From: Acidobacteriota bacterium
GTDB lineage: Bacteria > Acidobacteriota > UBA890 > WLXD01
Assembly (NCBI GenBank): GCA_965197275.1
Contig: CBDAMQ010000020.1
Location: 47,695 to 111,694, forward strand
Length of the DNA: 64,000 bases
Direction of reading: 5' to 3'
In this document: positions 1 to 9,568 of the stretch, one piece after another
Layout of the letters: each line of letters starts with the position of its first letter
How positions within the stretch are numbered: the stretch's first letter is position 1
Made by a program: the position numbers and the translations under genes
Notes under the pieces: model-generated
The model's input: only the letters and a program-made list of their open reading frames with translations
The model's database searches: none
What the model was told of the DNA's origin: nothing

Positions 1-645
1 GCGACGCGTCAGGAAGATCGCATCTGCGGCGGATCGCTCACGAGCTTCGTCGAGATATCGTGCCAACCAGTGCGCCGCCTCGTCACCGATCGGCACCAGA
101 CGCTCCTTACCGCCCTTCCCCCGACAGCGCACCACGCCCTCATCGAGATCCAAATCGACGACGCGTAGCCCCACGAGCTCCGACACGCGTAGGCCGCAGC
201 CATACGCCACCTCGAGCATGGCGCGGTCACGCAGCCCTGCCGCGGTCTTCGTCGGAGGCTGTGCCAGTAGACGGTCGATCTCCGCCGGGTCGAGTGTCCG
301 AGGCAACGAGCGCCGCCGCTCACGCGCCCGGAGTAATTCACTCGGGTCGCTGTCGATACGCCCGGCCTCGACCAGATGCCGAAACAGGCCGCGCACTGCG
401 GACAGCTTGCGGGCGCGTGAGCGCGCCCCGATGCCCCCCGCCTCCAGGCCGTGTAGCCACTTGCGCAACGCGCTGACGTCGATGGCGAGCGCATCGATCC
501 GTTGCTTCCTGCACCAGTCGCCGAACTGCATCAGATCGGACGCGTATGCGTCGACAGTGCGCCGCGACCGCCCACGCTCGACTCGAAGGCGTTCGAGGTA
601 GTCGAGCTCCCAGCCGCCGAGCCCAGACGATCTGGGCTCAGACAT
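1..645 (-). CDS. xerD: Tyrosine recombinase XerD (3' end outside window)
   Basis: Manual translation from ATG at 645 (frame not in the ORF track): MSEPRSSGLGGWELDYLERLRVERGRSRRTVDAYASDL...LRDRAMLEVAYGCGLRVSELVGL...GKGGKERLVP. This gives the Xer SAM-like N-domain, box I (GLRVSE) and catalytic Lys motif; frame runs off the window. Confidence 0.88.
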   Translation of the reverse strand, partial: MSEPRSSGLGGWELDYLERLRVERGRSRRTVDAYASDLMQFGDWCRKQRIDALAIDVSALRKWLHGLEAGGIGARSRARKLSAVRGLFRHLVEAGRIDSDPSELLRARERRRSLPRTLDPAEIDRLLAQPPTKTAAGLRDRAMLEVAYGCGLRVSELVGLRVVDLDLDEGVVRCRGKGGKERLVPIGDEAAHWLARYLDEARERSAADAIFLTRR

Positions 646-1123
646 CGCCGCTGCCCTTCTGTGTCCCTTTGCCCCTTTGGGGCAGTCGCGAGTCGATCAC
701 CAAGGTTATCGGTCCATCGTTGACTAGGTGAACCTGCATCCGAGCTCCGAAGACACCTGTCTGGACGCCGATGCCGCCCGCTTCGAGGCGCAGTACCAAC
801 TCGTCGATGAGTGGCTCCGCTTCTTCGGGCGGAAGTGCTTGACCGAACGACGGTCGGCGACCCTTATGCGTATCGGCGGCGAGCGTGAACTGAGATACCA
901 GCAGCAGTGAGCCAGCAACATCTTCTAGTGCCAGGTTCATGCGGCCCTGATCGTCGGGGAACACGCGCAGTCCGGCAAGCCGGTGCGCCAGGTAGTCAAC
1001 ATCCCGTTCGCCGTCGCCCTGGACTGCTGCGACGAGCGCCAGGAGGCCGTGGCCAATGCGGCCCACCTCCTGGGCATCGACCTCGACGTGCGCAGAACGG
1101 ACGCGCTGCACGACGGAGATCAC
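638..1123 (-). CDS. dtd: D-aminoacyl-tRNA deacylase
   Basis: VVQRV N-terminus, SQFTL motif, KGRRPSF and NDGP (Gly-cisPro) motif. Confidence 0.96.
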   Translation of the reverse strand: MISVVQRVRSAHVEVDAQEVGRIGHGLLALVAAVQGDGERDVDYLAHRLAGLRVFPDDQGRMNLALEDVAGSLLLVSQFTLAADTHKGRRPSFGQALPPEEAEPLIDELVLRLEAGGIGVQTGVFGARMQVHLVNDGPITLVIDSRLPQRGKGTQKGSGDV

Positions 1124-1178
1124 CGGTGGCTAGCGCTCAGCCGGGAACATGACCTACTCCCCCAGCCCGGAACACGAC

Positions 1179-2837
1179 TTACTTCTCCCGGGAAGCCTCT
1201 TCCCCCTTATTGAGGGTATCAGGTAGCCCGCCGCGGGTGACCGACGGCAGCTCCCAGATCTCCGGAGCGCGCAGGATCGCCAGAGCGGCCAGATAGGTAA
1301 GAACGCCCACGCCAATAATGGCCAGCAGGATCGCCACCTCGATGAGTACGCTGCCGTCCGCGCGCGGCCACCATAGTCGTCGAAGTGCCTCCACCACCCA
1401 CCCCATGATCGCTGCCGAGACCAGTAGGCGCATCAGGCTAGGAGCAAGCGTCCGGACGCCCAACACGCCAATCCGTCTACGAAACAGAAACAGAAGGAGC
1501 GCCGAGTTGACCGTCGCGGCTATCGAGTTGGCCAGCGCGATGCCGGCGTTGCCGAGCGACGGCCGCAAGATGAGGCAGGCGCCGATGTTGACCAACATGG
1601 CGACTGCAGCGACACGAACAGGAGTGGCGGTATCGCGCAGGGCGAAGAACGCCGGTGCCACCACGCGCACCGTTGCAACGGACACCAGACCGACGGCATA
1701 GCCCCAGAGCGCCGCGCCGGTAAGAATGGTCGACTCGCCATCAAACTGTCCGCGCTCGTACAGCACCTTCACAATCTCGTGTCGCAGCAGGATCATGCCT
1801 ACGGCTGCGGGGATGGTAACCAGGCTGATCTGTCGCAGCGCGAACACCAATGTGTTGCGGAGCGCGGCGAGATCGTCGGCAGCCCCCTGGCGCGACATGA
1901 GGGGTAGTACGACCGTCGCCACGGAGATGGCGAACACACCCAGGGTCAGCTCGTTGATGCGGGCGGCGTAGTCCAACGATGCCACCGCACCCTCACTGAG
2001 CTGACTCGCCAGCGTTCGTCCGACGATGATATTGACCTGGATGATCCCCACGCCGAACAGCCCGGGGACCATCAGACGACCGATCTGACGCAGCGCCGGG
2101 TCCGTGCTTGGCCGACGCGGCCACACTCGCATGCCCAGCCGCCGGGCGTAGGGAATCAAGAACGCGTACTGCGCCGCCCCGCCCAGCACGGCGGCGGCGG
2201 CGATCACCCAAACCGCCTGCTCGGGGTCGACGACACCGGACCACCAAGCGGCCAGGCCGGCGCCGACGATACTGACGTTGAGTAACACCGGGGCAAAGGC
2301 GGCAGCCGCGAAGCGGTCGCGTGCGTTGAGCACTGCCACCAGCACGGCCGCCATCGAGATGAAGAAGAGATATCCGAAGACGAAGCGTGTCAACCGGACG
2401 GTCAACTCGATCTTGCCGGCCACATCCGCGAAGCCGGAAGCGAACCCATGCACCAGCATCGGAGCGGCGAGAACACCGCTCAGGGAAAGAAGCAAGGCGG
2501 CGATCGCCACCGCTGTATGGAAGCGCTGTGCCAGCTCCCACGTCTTGGCCTCGTCGCGCTCACGGGCCAGGCGAGTGAAGACGGGCACGAATGCCGCCGA
2601 GATGTTGCCCTCGCCGACAAGTCGTCGGAGCGAGTTCGGCAGCATGAAGGCGATCGCCCAGGCGTCCGCGGCGCTACCGGTCCCCAGCAATGCCGTCAGC
2701 ACCGCCGTGCGTAGCAGACCGAATACCCGTGAGACCAACGTCAAGGCGCCAACGGCGCCTGCCGAGCGCAGTAGATCGCCCCGTTCCGCGGCCCCGGAGG
2801 GTGTTTGACCCTCGGCTTCGGGCGTCCTAACCTTCAT
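1179..2837 (-). CDS. murJ: Lipid II flippase MurJ (MviN)
   Basis: SRVFGLLR, AFMLPNSLRRLVGEG, LYERGQFD; many TM helices; divergent from rpsT. Confidence 0.95.
   Translation of the reverse strand: MKVRTPEAEGQTPSGAAERGDLLRSAGAVGALTLVSRVFGLLRTAVLTALLGTGSAADAWAIAFMLPNSLRRLVGEGNISAAFVPVFTRLARERDEAKTWELAQRFHTAVAIAALLLSLSGVLAAPMLVHGFASGFADVAGKIELTVRLTRFVFGYLFFISMAAVLVAVLNARDRFAAAAFAPVLLNVSIVGAGLAAWWSGVVDPEQAVWVIAAAAVLGGAAQYAFLIPYARRLGMRVWPRRPSTDPALRQIGRLMVPGLFGVGIIQVNIIVGRTLASQLSEGAVASLDYAARINELTLGVFAISVATVVLPLMSRQGAADDLAALRNTLVFALRQISLVTIPAAVGMILLRHEIVKVLYERGQFDGESTILTGAALWGYAVGLVSVATVRVVAPAFFALRDTATPVRVAAVAMLVNIGACLILRPSLGNAGIALANSIAATVNSALLLFLFRRRIGVLGVRTLAPSLMRLLVSAAIMGWVVEALRRLWWPRADGSVLIEVAILLAIIGVGVLTYLAALAILRAPEIWELPSVTRGGLPDTLNKGEEASREK
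2805..2833 (+). promoter_or_regulatory. Putative sigma70 promoter of rpsT, lying inside the 5' end of the murJ ORF
   Basis: TTGACC (2805-2810), 17-nt spacer, TAACCT (2828-2833); AAGGAG RBS at 2855-2860; ATG at 2871. Confidence 0.6.
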
Positions 2838-2870
2838 GTCCTACGCGGTCGATCAAGGAGCTTTTCGAAA

Positions 2871-3137
2871 ATGCCGACCATCGCATCTGCCAAGAAGCGC
2901 ATGCGCCAGAACGAAGTCCGGCGGGGTCGCAACCGGGCACGTCGTTCACGGCTGCGCTCGGCGCTGCGCCTGCTCGACGAGGCGATCGAAGCGGGCGATC
3001 TCGAACGCGTCCGCAAGAGCTGGACCGAAGCGCAAGCCCTGCTCGATCGCAACGCCCAGCGAGGCGTCATTCATCGCAACCTCGCAGCGCGGAAGAAGTC
3101 GCGTTTGGCGCGGCGGGTCCGCGCCGTCAGCACGTAG
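2871..3137 (+). CDS. rpsT: 30S ribosomal protein S20
   Basis: MPTIASAKKRMRQNEVRRGRNRARRSRLRS...GVIHRNLAARKKSRL; RBS upstream. Confidence 0.97.
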   Translation: MPTIASAKKRMRQNEVRRGRNRARRSRLRSALRLLDEAIEAGDLERVRKSWTEAQALLDRNAQRGVIHRNLAARKKSRLARRVRAVST

Positions 3138-3174
3138 TTCGCGCCTTCGGTGCCAGGCGAGCCCGCCGGCGCGC

Positions 3175-4230
3175 CTAAGCGGCACAGATCTGACGGCAAA
3201 GGGACTCCAGCTTGCCGCGGGCGGGTCTCAGTCGATCGGCGCCTGATCGCACGTCGCGCAGCCGCTTGATGAACAGGTCGGTGTCGGCGCACGTGGAGAT
3301 CGCCGCCGCCAATCCACTGCGGCGCGCTCGGCGAGCCCGGTCCAGCACGGCGCCGCGCTGTTGCCAGCGCCCACCGATGGCCTCCATGCTTTCGCGCCGC
3401 GACCGGCCCGAAGCTGCGACGTCGTGAGCGATCACTAGCTGCCGAGTAATCCAGGCGATCATCGCCAGCACCCGGACCGGCTCCTCACCGTCATCCAAAA
3501 GCATGTTGAGCAATCGCAGCGCGGTGGCCGCATCAGCGCGAACCAGGGCGTCGGTGAGTTCGAACACGGAATGCTCGCGGCTGCGGCCGAGTAGTCCCTC
3601 GAGATCCTCGGCGCGGATCCGCCCGCCGTGGCCAACGTAGAGCATCACCTTCTCCAACTCTTGCTCGAGCGCCGTGATGCTCGTGCCGGCCATATTGATC
3701 ATGTACTCGAGTGCGTCAGCATCGATCTCGTGCCCGCTCGCCCGCGCACTGCCCTCGAGCCAACGCCGTACGTCACCCTCCCGACGCGGCGGCTCACAGT
3801 CCACAACCGTGGCCGCCGCTGCCACCGTCTTGTACACCAGCTTGCGTTTGTCCAGCTTCGAGGCTTCCAGCACGAGGCAAGTGGCGGTCACCGGTGTGCT
3901 CAAGTAGTCGGCGAGGTCATTGATCTCGTCGAGGTCTAGTCGTTCGAAGCGCGATACCCAGACGAGCCGAGCCGGCCCCTGCGCCGCAATTGCGAACAGC
4001 GACAGGGAGCGCGCCGCGTCGAGGACATCAGAGAGCGAAGCGGTCGACCCGTCGATCCTCTCGATCACCCCGGGACCGTCATCGCGCCGCTCGAAGGTCT
4101 CGGTAAACGCCTCCGAGACGCGACGGCGGAGCGCGTCCTCCTCGCCCAGAACCAGGTAGACGGGGACGATGCGATCCTCGTTCAGGGACCGACGAACTTC
4201 CGGGATGGTCGTCGCTGTGCGCTTGGCCAC
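3175..4230 (-). CDS. holA: DNA polymerase III delta subunit
   Basis: PVYLVLGEE, LEQELEKVMLY, SVFELTDAL; leuS-lptE-holA synteny; start set at GTG 4230 after the lptE stop. Confidence 0.9.
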   Translation of the reverse strand: MAKRTATTIPEVRRSLNEDRIVPVYLVLGEEDALRRRVSEAFTETFERRDDGPGVIERIDGSTASLSDVLDAARSLSLFAIAAQGPARLVWVSRFERLDLDEINDLADYLSTPVTATCLVLEASKLDKRKLVYKTVAAAATVVDCEPPRREGDVRRWLEGSARASGHEIDADALEYMINMAGTSITALEQELEKVMLYVGHGGRIRAEDLEGLLGRSREHSVFELTDALVRADAATALRLLNMLLDDGEEPVRVLAMIAWITRQLVIAHDVAASGRSRRESMEAIGGRWQQRGAVLDRARRARRSGLAAAISTCADTDLFIKRLRDVRSGADRLRPARGKLESLCRQICAA

Positions 4231-4243
4231 CCAGGAACCGCCT

Positions 4244-4810
4244 TCAGAAGCCCTCGAGAATGCTCGACACCACGGCGCGAGCGAACTCCACCGAGATCTC
4301 GTCGATCGACGAGACCTCGATGTCGACCTGCCCCTCCGAGGATGGCGGGAACTCGAACTGCTCCTGGTACTGGAAGGCACTATTGGTGAACAGAACCTCG
4401 TTCGAGACCAGATCGGTGAACGTCACCCGGGCGCGAATCGTCACCTGCCAGGTATCGGCCCGGTCACGCGGGTTGAGCCCGATCGGACGCACTTCAAAGG
4501 CCTGGATCTCGCCCTGCAAGACGCCATCGGCGCCCGTCTGATTGCCGACCACTCGGTAGTTACCGCGTGAAACGAACTCCCTGGTCACGGCGTCGGTGAC
4601 GCGAACCTCGAGCTCGAAGCGCGGGGTCAGGTTGGCGAACGTCGGTATTGCGACCACCCGAATGTAGTCGGGCAGAAACGCGCCCTGACCGACGAGGGTG
4701 TAACCGCAAGATGCACACGACGCCAGTGCGACCACCAGCGCGGTGCTGGCAAGCCAACTCGGGCCAGTATCCGGCCGCCCTGCGCCATCCCGATGCCGTC
4801 GTGACGTCAT
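4244..4810 (-). CDS. lptE: LPS-assembly lipoprotein LptE family
   Basis: Hydrophobic stretch followed by lipobox-like CASCGY, VAIPTFANLT; position between leuS and holA. Confidence 0.8.
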   Translation of the reverse strand: MTSRRHRDGAGRPDTGPSWLASTALVVALASCASCGYTLVGQGAFLPDYIRVVAIPTFANLTPRFELEVRVTDAVTREFVSRGNYRVVGNQTGADGVLQGEIQAFEVRPIGLNPRDRADTWQVTIRARVTFTDLVSNEVLFTNSAFQYQEQFEFPPSSEGQVDIEVSSIDEISVEFARAVVSSILEGF

Positions 4811-4823
4811 CTCCCAGACCCCG

Positions 4824-7601
4824 CTAGAGGACGATGTTGACCTTGGGCTCCTGGCCCTTCCGCGCTGCGATGAAAATGACTCGCTGCGGCTCGCGGTTGC
4901 CGTCGAGGTATCGCTGAGCCCCCTCCGTGGCAAGCCCGAGACGCTTGGCGTCTTCCTCCCCCAGCCCGGCCGGTACCTCCACATGGTCTCGGACTTTACC
5001 ATTCACCAGAACGACCAGGGATACGGTTTCCTCGGCCGCCTTGGACGCATCGAATATCGGCCACTCCTGCTGGTGAACGCTGTACTCTTGCCCCAGCCGC
5101 TCCCACAGCTCTTCCGCCACATGCGGTGTGAACGGCGCCATCAGGCGCACCGTCGTGTTCAGCGCCGAGGTCCAGGCAGCGGCACCGATGCTCTCCTCGC
5201 GGAGGGCGGCGCGCAGGTCGTTTCGAAACGCCATCAGGGCTGCGATCGCCGTGTTGAAAGTGAAGTTCTCGAGGCCCACCTGCACGCGCTCGACAGTCTG
5301 ATGTAGGCGCCGCTCGAGCTCGAGCTCACGCGCGGTGGTGCCTTCGGTCTGTGGTGGCCCCTGTACGGCGACGTCCCACACGTCGTTGATCCACCGCACT
5401 ACGCCCTGGATACGACTGCTGTCCCATGGACCGCCCTTGTTCCAATCGAAGCCGAACATGAGATAGGCGCGCAGCGAGTCTGAACCGTAACGAACCACCC
5501 ACTCGTCCGGGTTGACTACATTGCCCTTACTCTTCGACATGCGCTCGACTTCAAGATGATGGTGCAGCTGGTTGACGCTGTTGGTGCCGTCTATAAGCGG
5601 AATATCGATCTCGGCATCGTCGGAGACCTCGACGGTAGAGTGAGTCGCACCCGCGCCGGCCACCGTCAAGATGTTCTCGGTGCGCCTCAGGATCTCCCCG
5701 ACGATCTCGCCATCGCTACCGTCCTCACCCTCCCGCAGCACGCGTACTCGTGAGGCCCGCAGAACGTTTCCGTCCCATTCGCCGATCGCGGCGATCGTGT
5801 CACCCGGACGCTCCTCTCCGAGCACCTGTCCCTGGTTGCGCAATCGAAGCATCGGCTCGTTGAACAGCGCGTCGGGGTTGCGCTCGTGGCTCCGCATGAT
5901 CTCTGCAGTACGATCGAACAGCCCAAGGTCGCGCATAGCCTTGGTGAAGAAGCGTGTGTAAAGCAGGTGTAGCGTGGCGTGCTCTGCCCCACCAGTGTAG
6001 ACGTCCACAGGAAGCCAGTAGGCGGCTTCCTGTGGATCGAACGGACCATCCTCGTAGTCGGGACTGAGATACCGATACTGGTACCAGGAGGAACACACGA
6101 AGGTGTCCATCGTGTCGGTTTCGCGCTCGGCTGCGGCTCCGGTCGCATCGCGCGCCGTCAGGAAGCCTTGGTGTTGCTTGAGCGGGCTCTGCCCCGTCGG
6201 CATGAACTCCACATCTTCCGGCAGGAGCACCGGAAGATCGTCCTCCGACACGGATTCGTAGCTCCCGGCCGATGTCCTGATGGCGGGAATCGGTGCCCCC
6301 CAATAACGCTGCCGCGAGATCAGCCAGTCCCGTATCCTGTAGTTCACCGACTGGTTGCCGGCGCCGTGCTCGTTCAGCCACTTGATAGTGGCGGCGATGC
6401 TTGGATTCTCGAGCCCCTTGGCATCGTTGCACGCCACACCGTCGATCGGGCCACTGCTCGTCATCACACCCGGACCCACGTAGGCCTCCGGCATCGACGT
6501 CCCGTCGAGCTCACCCCCAGTCGGACAGATGACCGGCCGTACCTCAATGTCGAATTTGCGAGCGAACTCTAAGTCGCGTTGATCGTGCGCCGGCACCGCC
6601 ATGATCGCGCCGGTCCCATAGCCGAGCATGACGTAGTCGGCGATCCAGATCGGGATACGCTCGTCATTGACCGGATTCAGCGCATGGCCGCCGGTGAACA
6701 CTCCGGTCTTCTCGCGACCCTCGGAGCTGCGCTCGATCTCGGTAGCGCGCCCCGCAGCGATCACGTATTCGGCAACATCGCGCCGCTGTTGGTCAGTGGT
6801 GATCTCGGCGACCAGTGGATGCTCGGGCGCCAGCACCATGAACGTGGCGCCCCACAACGTGTCCGGCCGCGTGGTGAAGACCTCGATCGGTTCGTCCTGC
6901 TCCGTTCTGAACGTGACGCGGGCACCGACGCTGCGACCGATCCAGTTCGTCTGCGCCTTGATCACCGCGTCCGGCCAATCCAGCTGCCCGAAGTCGAGCA
7001 ACTCATCTGCGTAGTCGAGGATTCGCAGGAACCACTGCGACATCAGCTTCTGAATCACCGGTTGGCCGGTGCGCTCATCCTTGCCGTCGATTACCTGTTC
7101 GTTGGCAAGCACCGTTTGCAGGCTTTCAGACCAGTTAACACGCGCTTCGGCGCGGTAGGCCAATCCGTTGTCATAGAGCTTCTTGAAGAACCACTCGGTC
7201 CAGCGATAGAACTCCGGCGTGCAGCTGACCGCCTCGCGCTCCCAGTCGAACATCGCTCCCATGCTGCGAATCTGGCGCCGCATGTTCTCGATGTTGGCGT
7301 AGGTCCACTTCCACGGGTGGACCCCGCGCTGAATCGCCGCGTTCTCCGCCGGGAGGCCGAAGGCATCGAAGCCCATCGGGAACATGACGTTGTAGCCTCG
7401 CATGCGCATGTACCGAGCGCGGGCGTCGGACGGCACCATCGCGTACCAGTGACCGATGTGCAGATCGCCACTCGGGTACGGCAGCATGGTGAGGGCGTAG
7501 TGCTTCGGCTTCTGCCAATCGACCGTCGCACGATAGAGGCCCTCAGCTTCCCAGCGCGATCGCCACTTGTGCTCGATCTCTTGATGCGGGTAGGGGCTCA
7601 T
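4824..7601 (-). CDS. leuS: Leucine--tRNA ligase
   Basis: PYPSGDLHIGH, GFDAFGLPAENAA, FTTRPDT editing motif, GTGAIMAVPAHDQRD, DWLISRQRYWG, RMSKS; ATG at 7601 overlaps the nusB stop. Confidence 0.97.
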   Translation of the reverse strand: MSPYPHQEIEHKWRSRWEAEGLYRATVDWQKPKHYALTMLPYPSGDLHIGHWYAMVPSDARARYMRMRGYNVMFPMGFDAFGLPAENAAIQRGVHPWKWTYANIENMRRQIRSMGAMFDWEREAVSCTPEFYRWTEWFFKKLYDNGLAYRAEARVNWSESLQTVLANEQVIDGKDERTGQPVIQKLMSQWFLRILDYADELLDFGQLDWPDAVIKAQTNWIGRSVGARVTFRTEQDEPIEVFTTRPDTLWGATFMVLAPEHPLVAEITTDQQRRDVAEYVIAAGRATEIERSSEGREKTGVFTGGHALNPVNDERIPIWIADYVMLGYGTGAIMAVPAHDQRDLEFARKFDIEVRPVICPTGGELDGTSMPEAYVGPGVMTSSGPIDGVACNDAKGLENPSIAATIKWLNEHGAGNQSVNYRIRDWLISRQRYWGAPIPAIRTSAGSYESVSEDDLPVLLPEDVEFMPTGQSPLKQHQGFLTARDATGAAAERETDTMDTFVCSSWYQYRYLSPDYEDGPFDPQEAAYWLPVDVYTGGAEHATLHLLYTRFFTKAMRDLGLFDRTAEIMRSHERNPDALFNEPMLRLRNQGQVLGEERPGDTIAAIGEWDGNVLRASRVRVLREGEDGSDGEIVGEILRRTENILTVAGAGATHSTVEVSDDAEIDIPLIDGTNSVNQLHHHLEVERMSKSKGNVVNPDEWVVRYGSDSLRAYLMFGFDWNKGGPWDSSRIQGVVRWINDVWDVAVQGPPQTEGTTARELELERRLHQTVERVQVGLENFTFNTAIAALMAFRNDLRAALREESIGAAAWTSALNTTVRLMAPFTPHVAEELWERLGQEYSVHQQEWPIFDASKAAEETVSLVVLVNGKVRDHVEVPAGLGEEDAKRLGLATEGAQRYLDGNREPQRVIFIAARKGQEPKVNIVL

Positions 7602-8068
7602 TTGCTGCGCGCGTTGCTGCGGTCGGAACATGCCGCGGCTGCCAGACTGTGTTCGGACATCCTGTCCCGCAATCGCAGATGTATGCCATCGAGCACCCCG
7701 TTGACGAACGTCCCCGCCTGTTCGCCGCTATAGCGCTTCGCCAACTCGATGGCCTCGTCGATGACTACCGCCGCCGGAGTGTCGGGCTGGGCGAGAAGCT
7801 CGTAAACCCCCAATCGGAGGATGGCGCGATCGACGCATCCCATGCGATCCAGGCGCCAGTTCTCAGCCTGTCGCGAGATCAGCGGATCGATGCGTTCGAC
7901 GGCATCCACGGTGCCCCTCACCAGGGTCTCGGTGAAATCTCGCACTTGCCGGGGTGCGGGTTGCGTTCGCCAGAACCGGTCGAGAAGTCCGTCGAGCTCG
8001 GCACCGGTGCTTTCCCATTGGTAGAGACATTGCAGGGCGCGCTCGCGCGCTCGGTGTCTGTATCCCAT
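7598..8068 (-). CDS. nusB: Transcription antitermination factor NusB
   Basis: RHRARERALQCLYQ, DRAILRLGVYEL, IDEAIELAKRY, FVNGVLD. Confidence 0.96.
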   Translation of the reverse strand: MGYRHRARERALQCLYQWESTGAELDGLLDRFWRTQPAPRQVRDFTETLVRGTVDAVERIDPLISRQAENWRLDRMGCVDRAILRLGVYELLAQPDTPAAVVIDEAIELAKRYSGEQAGTFVNGVLDGIHLRLRDRMSEHSLAAAACSDRSNARSK

Positions 8069-8071
8069 CGC

Positions 8072-8557
8072 CTACGGGCCCGACCCTGCGGCGAACAACA
8101 CCGCCATCTCGATCGCCGCGAGCGCCGCGTCGATGCCCTTGTTGCCGTGTTCACCGCCAGCCCGCGCCTCCGCCTGCGCCGCAGTGTCGCAGGTCAGTAC
8201 GCCGAAGGTGACCGGCAGGCCGCTGTGCCGAGCCACGTCCTGCAAGCCGCTGGCGGTCGCATGGGCCAGGACTTCGTAGTGGGTCGTCTCACCGCGGATG
8301 AGCACGCCCAGGCAAACGATGGCGTCGAACCGACCCGTCGAAGCCAGGTGCGCCGCCGCCATCGGTAGCTCGAAAGCACCCGGTACCCATGCAGTCGCGA
8401 TGTCGCCCTCGGCCGCTCCATAATCCGCCAAGGTATGGAGCGCACCCTGGCAGAGGCGTTCGGTGAGCGTCTCGTTGAACCTGCTGACCACGACCGCAAA
8501 GCGCAGCCCCGCCGCCGCATCACTTCGCAGCGAACCCGTAGGCCTGGACTGGCTCAT
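8072..8557 (-). CDS. ribH: 6,7-dimethyl-8-ribityllumazine synthase
   Basis: VVSRFN, VPGAFELP, GVLIRGETTHY, FGVLT, NKG. Confidence 0.97.
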   Translation of the reverse strand: MSQSRPTGSLRSDAAAGLRFAVVVSRFNETLTERLCQGALHTLADYGAAEGDIATAWVPGAFELPMAAAHLASTGRFDAIVCLGVLIRGETTHYEVLAHATASGLQDVARHSGLPVTFGVLTCDTAAQAEARAGGEHGNKGIDAALAAIEMAVLFAAGSGP

Positions 8558-8560
8558 GCC

Positions 8561-9568
8561 TCACCTCTGGTAACGATTGACAAGCGCGTTGTGCTCGGCC
8601 AGCGTGCGCGAGAACGCATGGGTGCCGTCATTGCGCGCAACGAAGTACAAGAAGTCCACATCGGCCGGGTACAAAGCGGCTTCGAGACTCGCCTGCCGCG
8701 GACTACCGATCGGGCCTACCGGCAAACCCGGATAGACGTATGTATTGTACGGAGAATCTCGACGCAGGTCCGACTGGTAGATGGTGCGGCCTTCGCGCCC
8801 CGCCAAGTTGCGCGCGTAGATTACCGTGGGATCCGTTTGTAGCAGCATGCCGTGACTCAGCCGGTTGTGAAAAACGCCGGAGACCAACCGGCGCTCGTCT
8901 GCGGCCCGCGTCTCGGCTTCGATGAGTGACCCGAGGGTCACTACCTCGCGCAGGTTCATCTCCAGCTCGGTAGCACGACGGTTGAACGCTGGCGTCCAGG
9001 CGTCGCGAAACGCGTCGACCATGCGGGCGATCAAGCGCTCGGCGTCGTCGTCCCGCAGTGCCAGATAGGTCTCGGGGAACAAGTAGCCTTCGAGCGAGTC
9101 CGCCGCCGGATCGAGGTCTCCAATCAGGTCGATGCGGCCGGTGGCTGCCAGGGCATCCTCATAGGAACCGAAACCTGCGGTTGCAATCGCCTCAGCCACC
9201 TGCCAGCGGGTGGCTCCCTCGGTGATCGTCAACGGATAGAGGCGTACCCTACCGGTGGTGACAACCTCGGCAACCTGCGCCAACGAGGTCGGCCCGCTGA
9301 AACGGTATTCGCCGACCTGCACCTCGCCGCTGCGTTCCGTCCACCACAACCAACCCGTCAGCAGGGCGGCCGATTCGACGACCCCCGCAGTCTCCAGCAG
9401 ATCTGCGACCTGGCGCGCTGCCATTCCGGGTCGCACGACGACATCCACGTGCTCGCCGTCGTACCCCTGAAACGTCGCCTGCACACGGCGCTGCAGCACC
9501 AGCACCGTCCCGGCGGCCGCTACCGTCAGCACAGCTACCGCCGCCGCCAGCGCCAGGAGGCGCTTCAC
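8561..9568 (-). CDS. mltG: Endolytic transglycosylase MltG
   Basis: N-terminal TM helix, LEGYLFPETY, SLIEAET, LQTDPTVIY, SPYNTYVYPGLPVGPI; GTG start coupled to the ruvX stop. Confidence 0.94.
   Translation of the reverse strand: MKRLLALAAAVAVLTVAAAGTVLVLQRRVQATFQGYDGEHVDVVVRPGMAARQVADLLETAGVVESAALLTGWLWWTERSGEVQVGEYRFSGPTSLAQVAEVVTTGRVRLYPLTITEGATRWQVAEAIATAGFGSYEDALAATGRIDLIGDLDPAADSLEGYLFPETYLALRDDDAERLIARMVDAFRDAWTPAFNRRATELEMNLREVVTLGSLIEAETRAADERRLVSGVFHNRLSHGMLLQTDPTVIYARNLAGREGRTIYQSDLRRDSPYNTYVYPGLPVGPIGSPRQASLEAALYPADVDFLYFVARNDGTHAFSRTLAEHNALVNRYQR

Noticed and set aside
9-494. 161-aa minus-strand ORF from the track
   Set aside because: Wrong frame; the real gene is xerD starting at 645 and running off the window.
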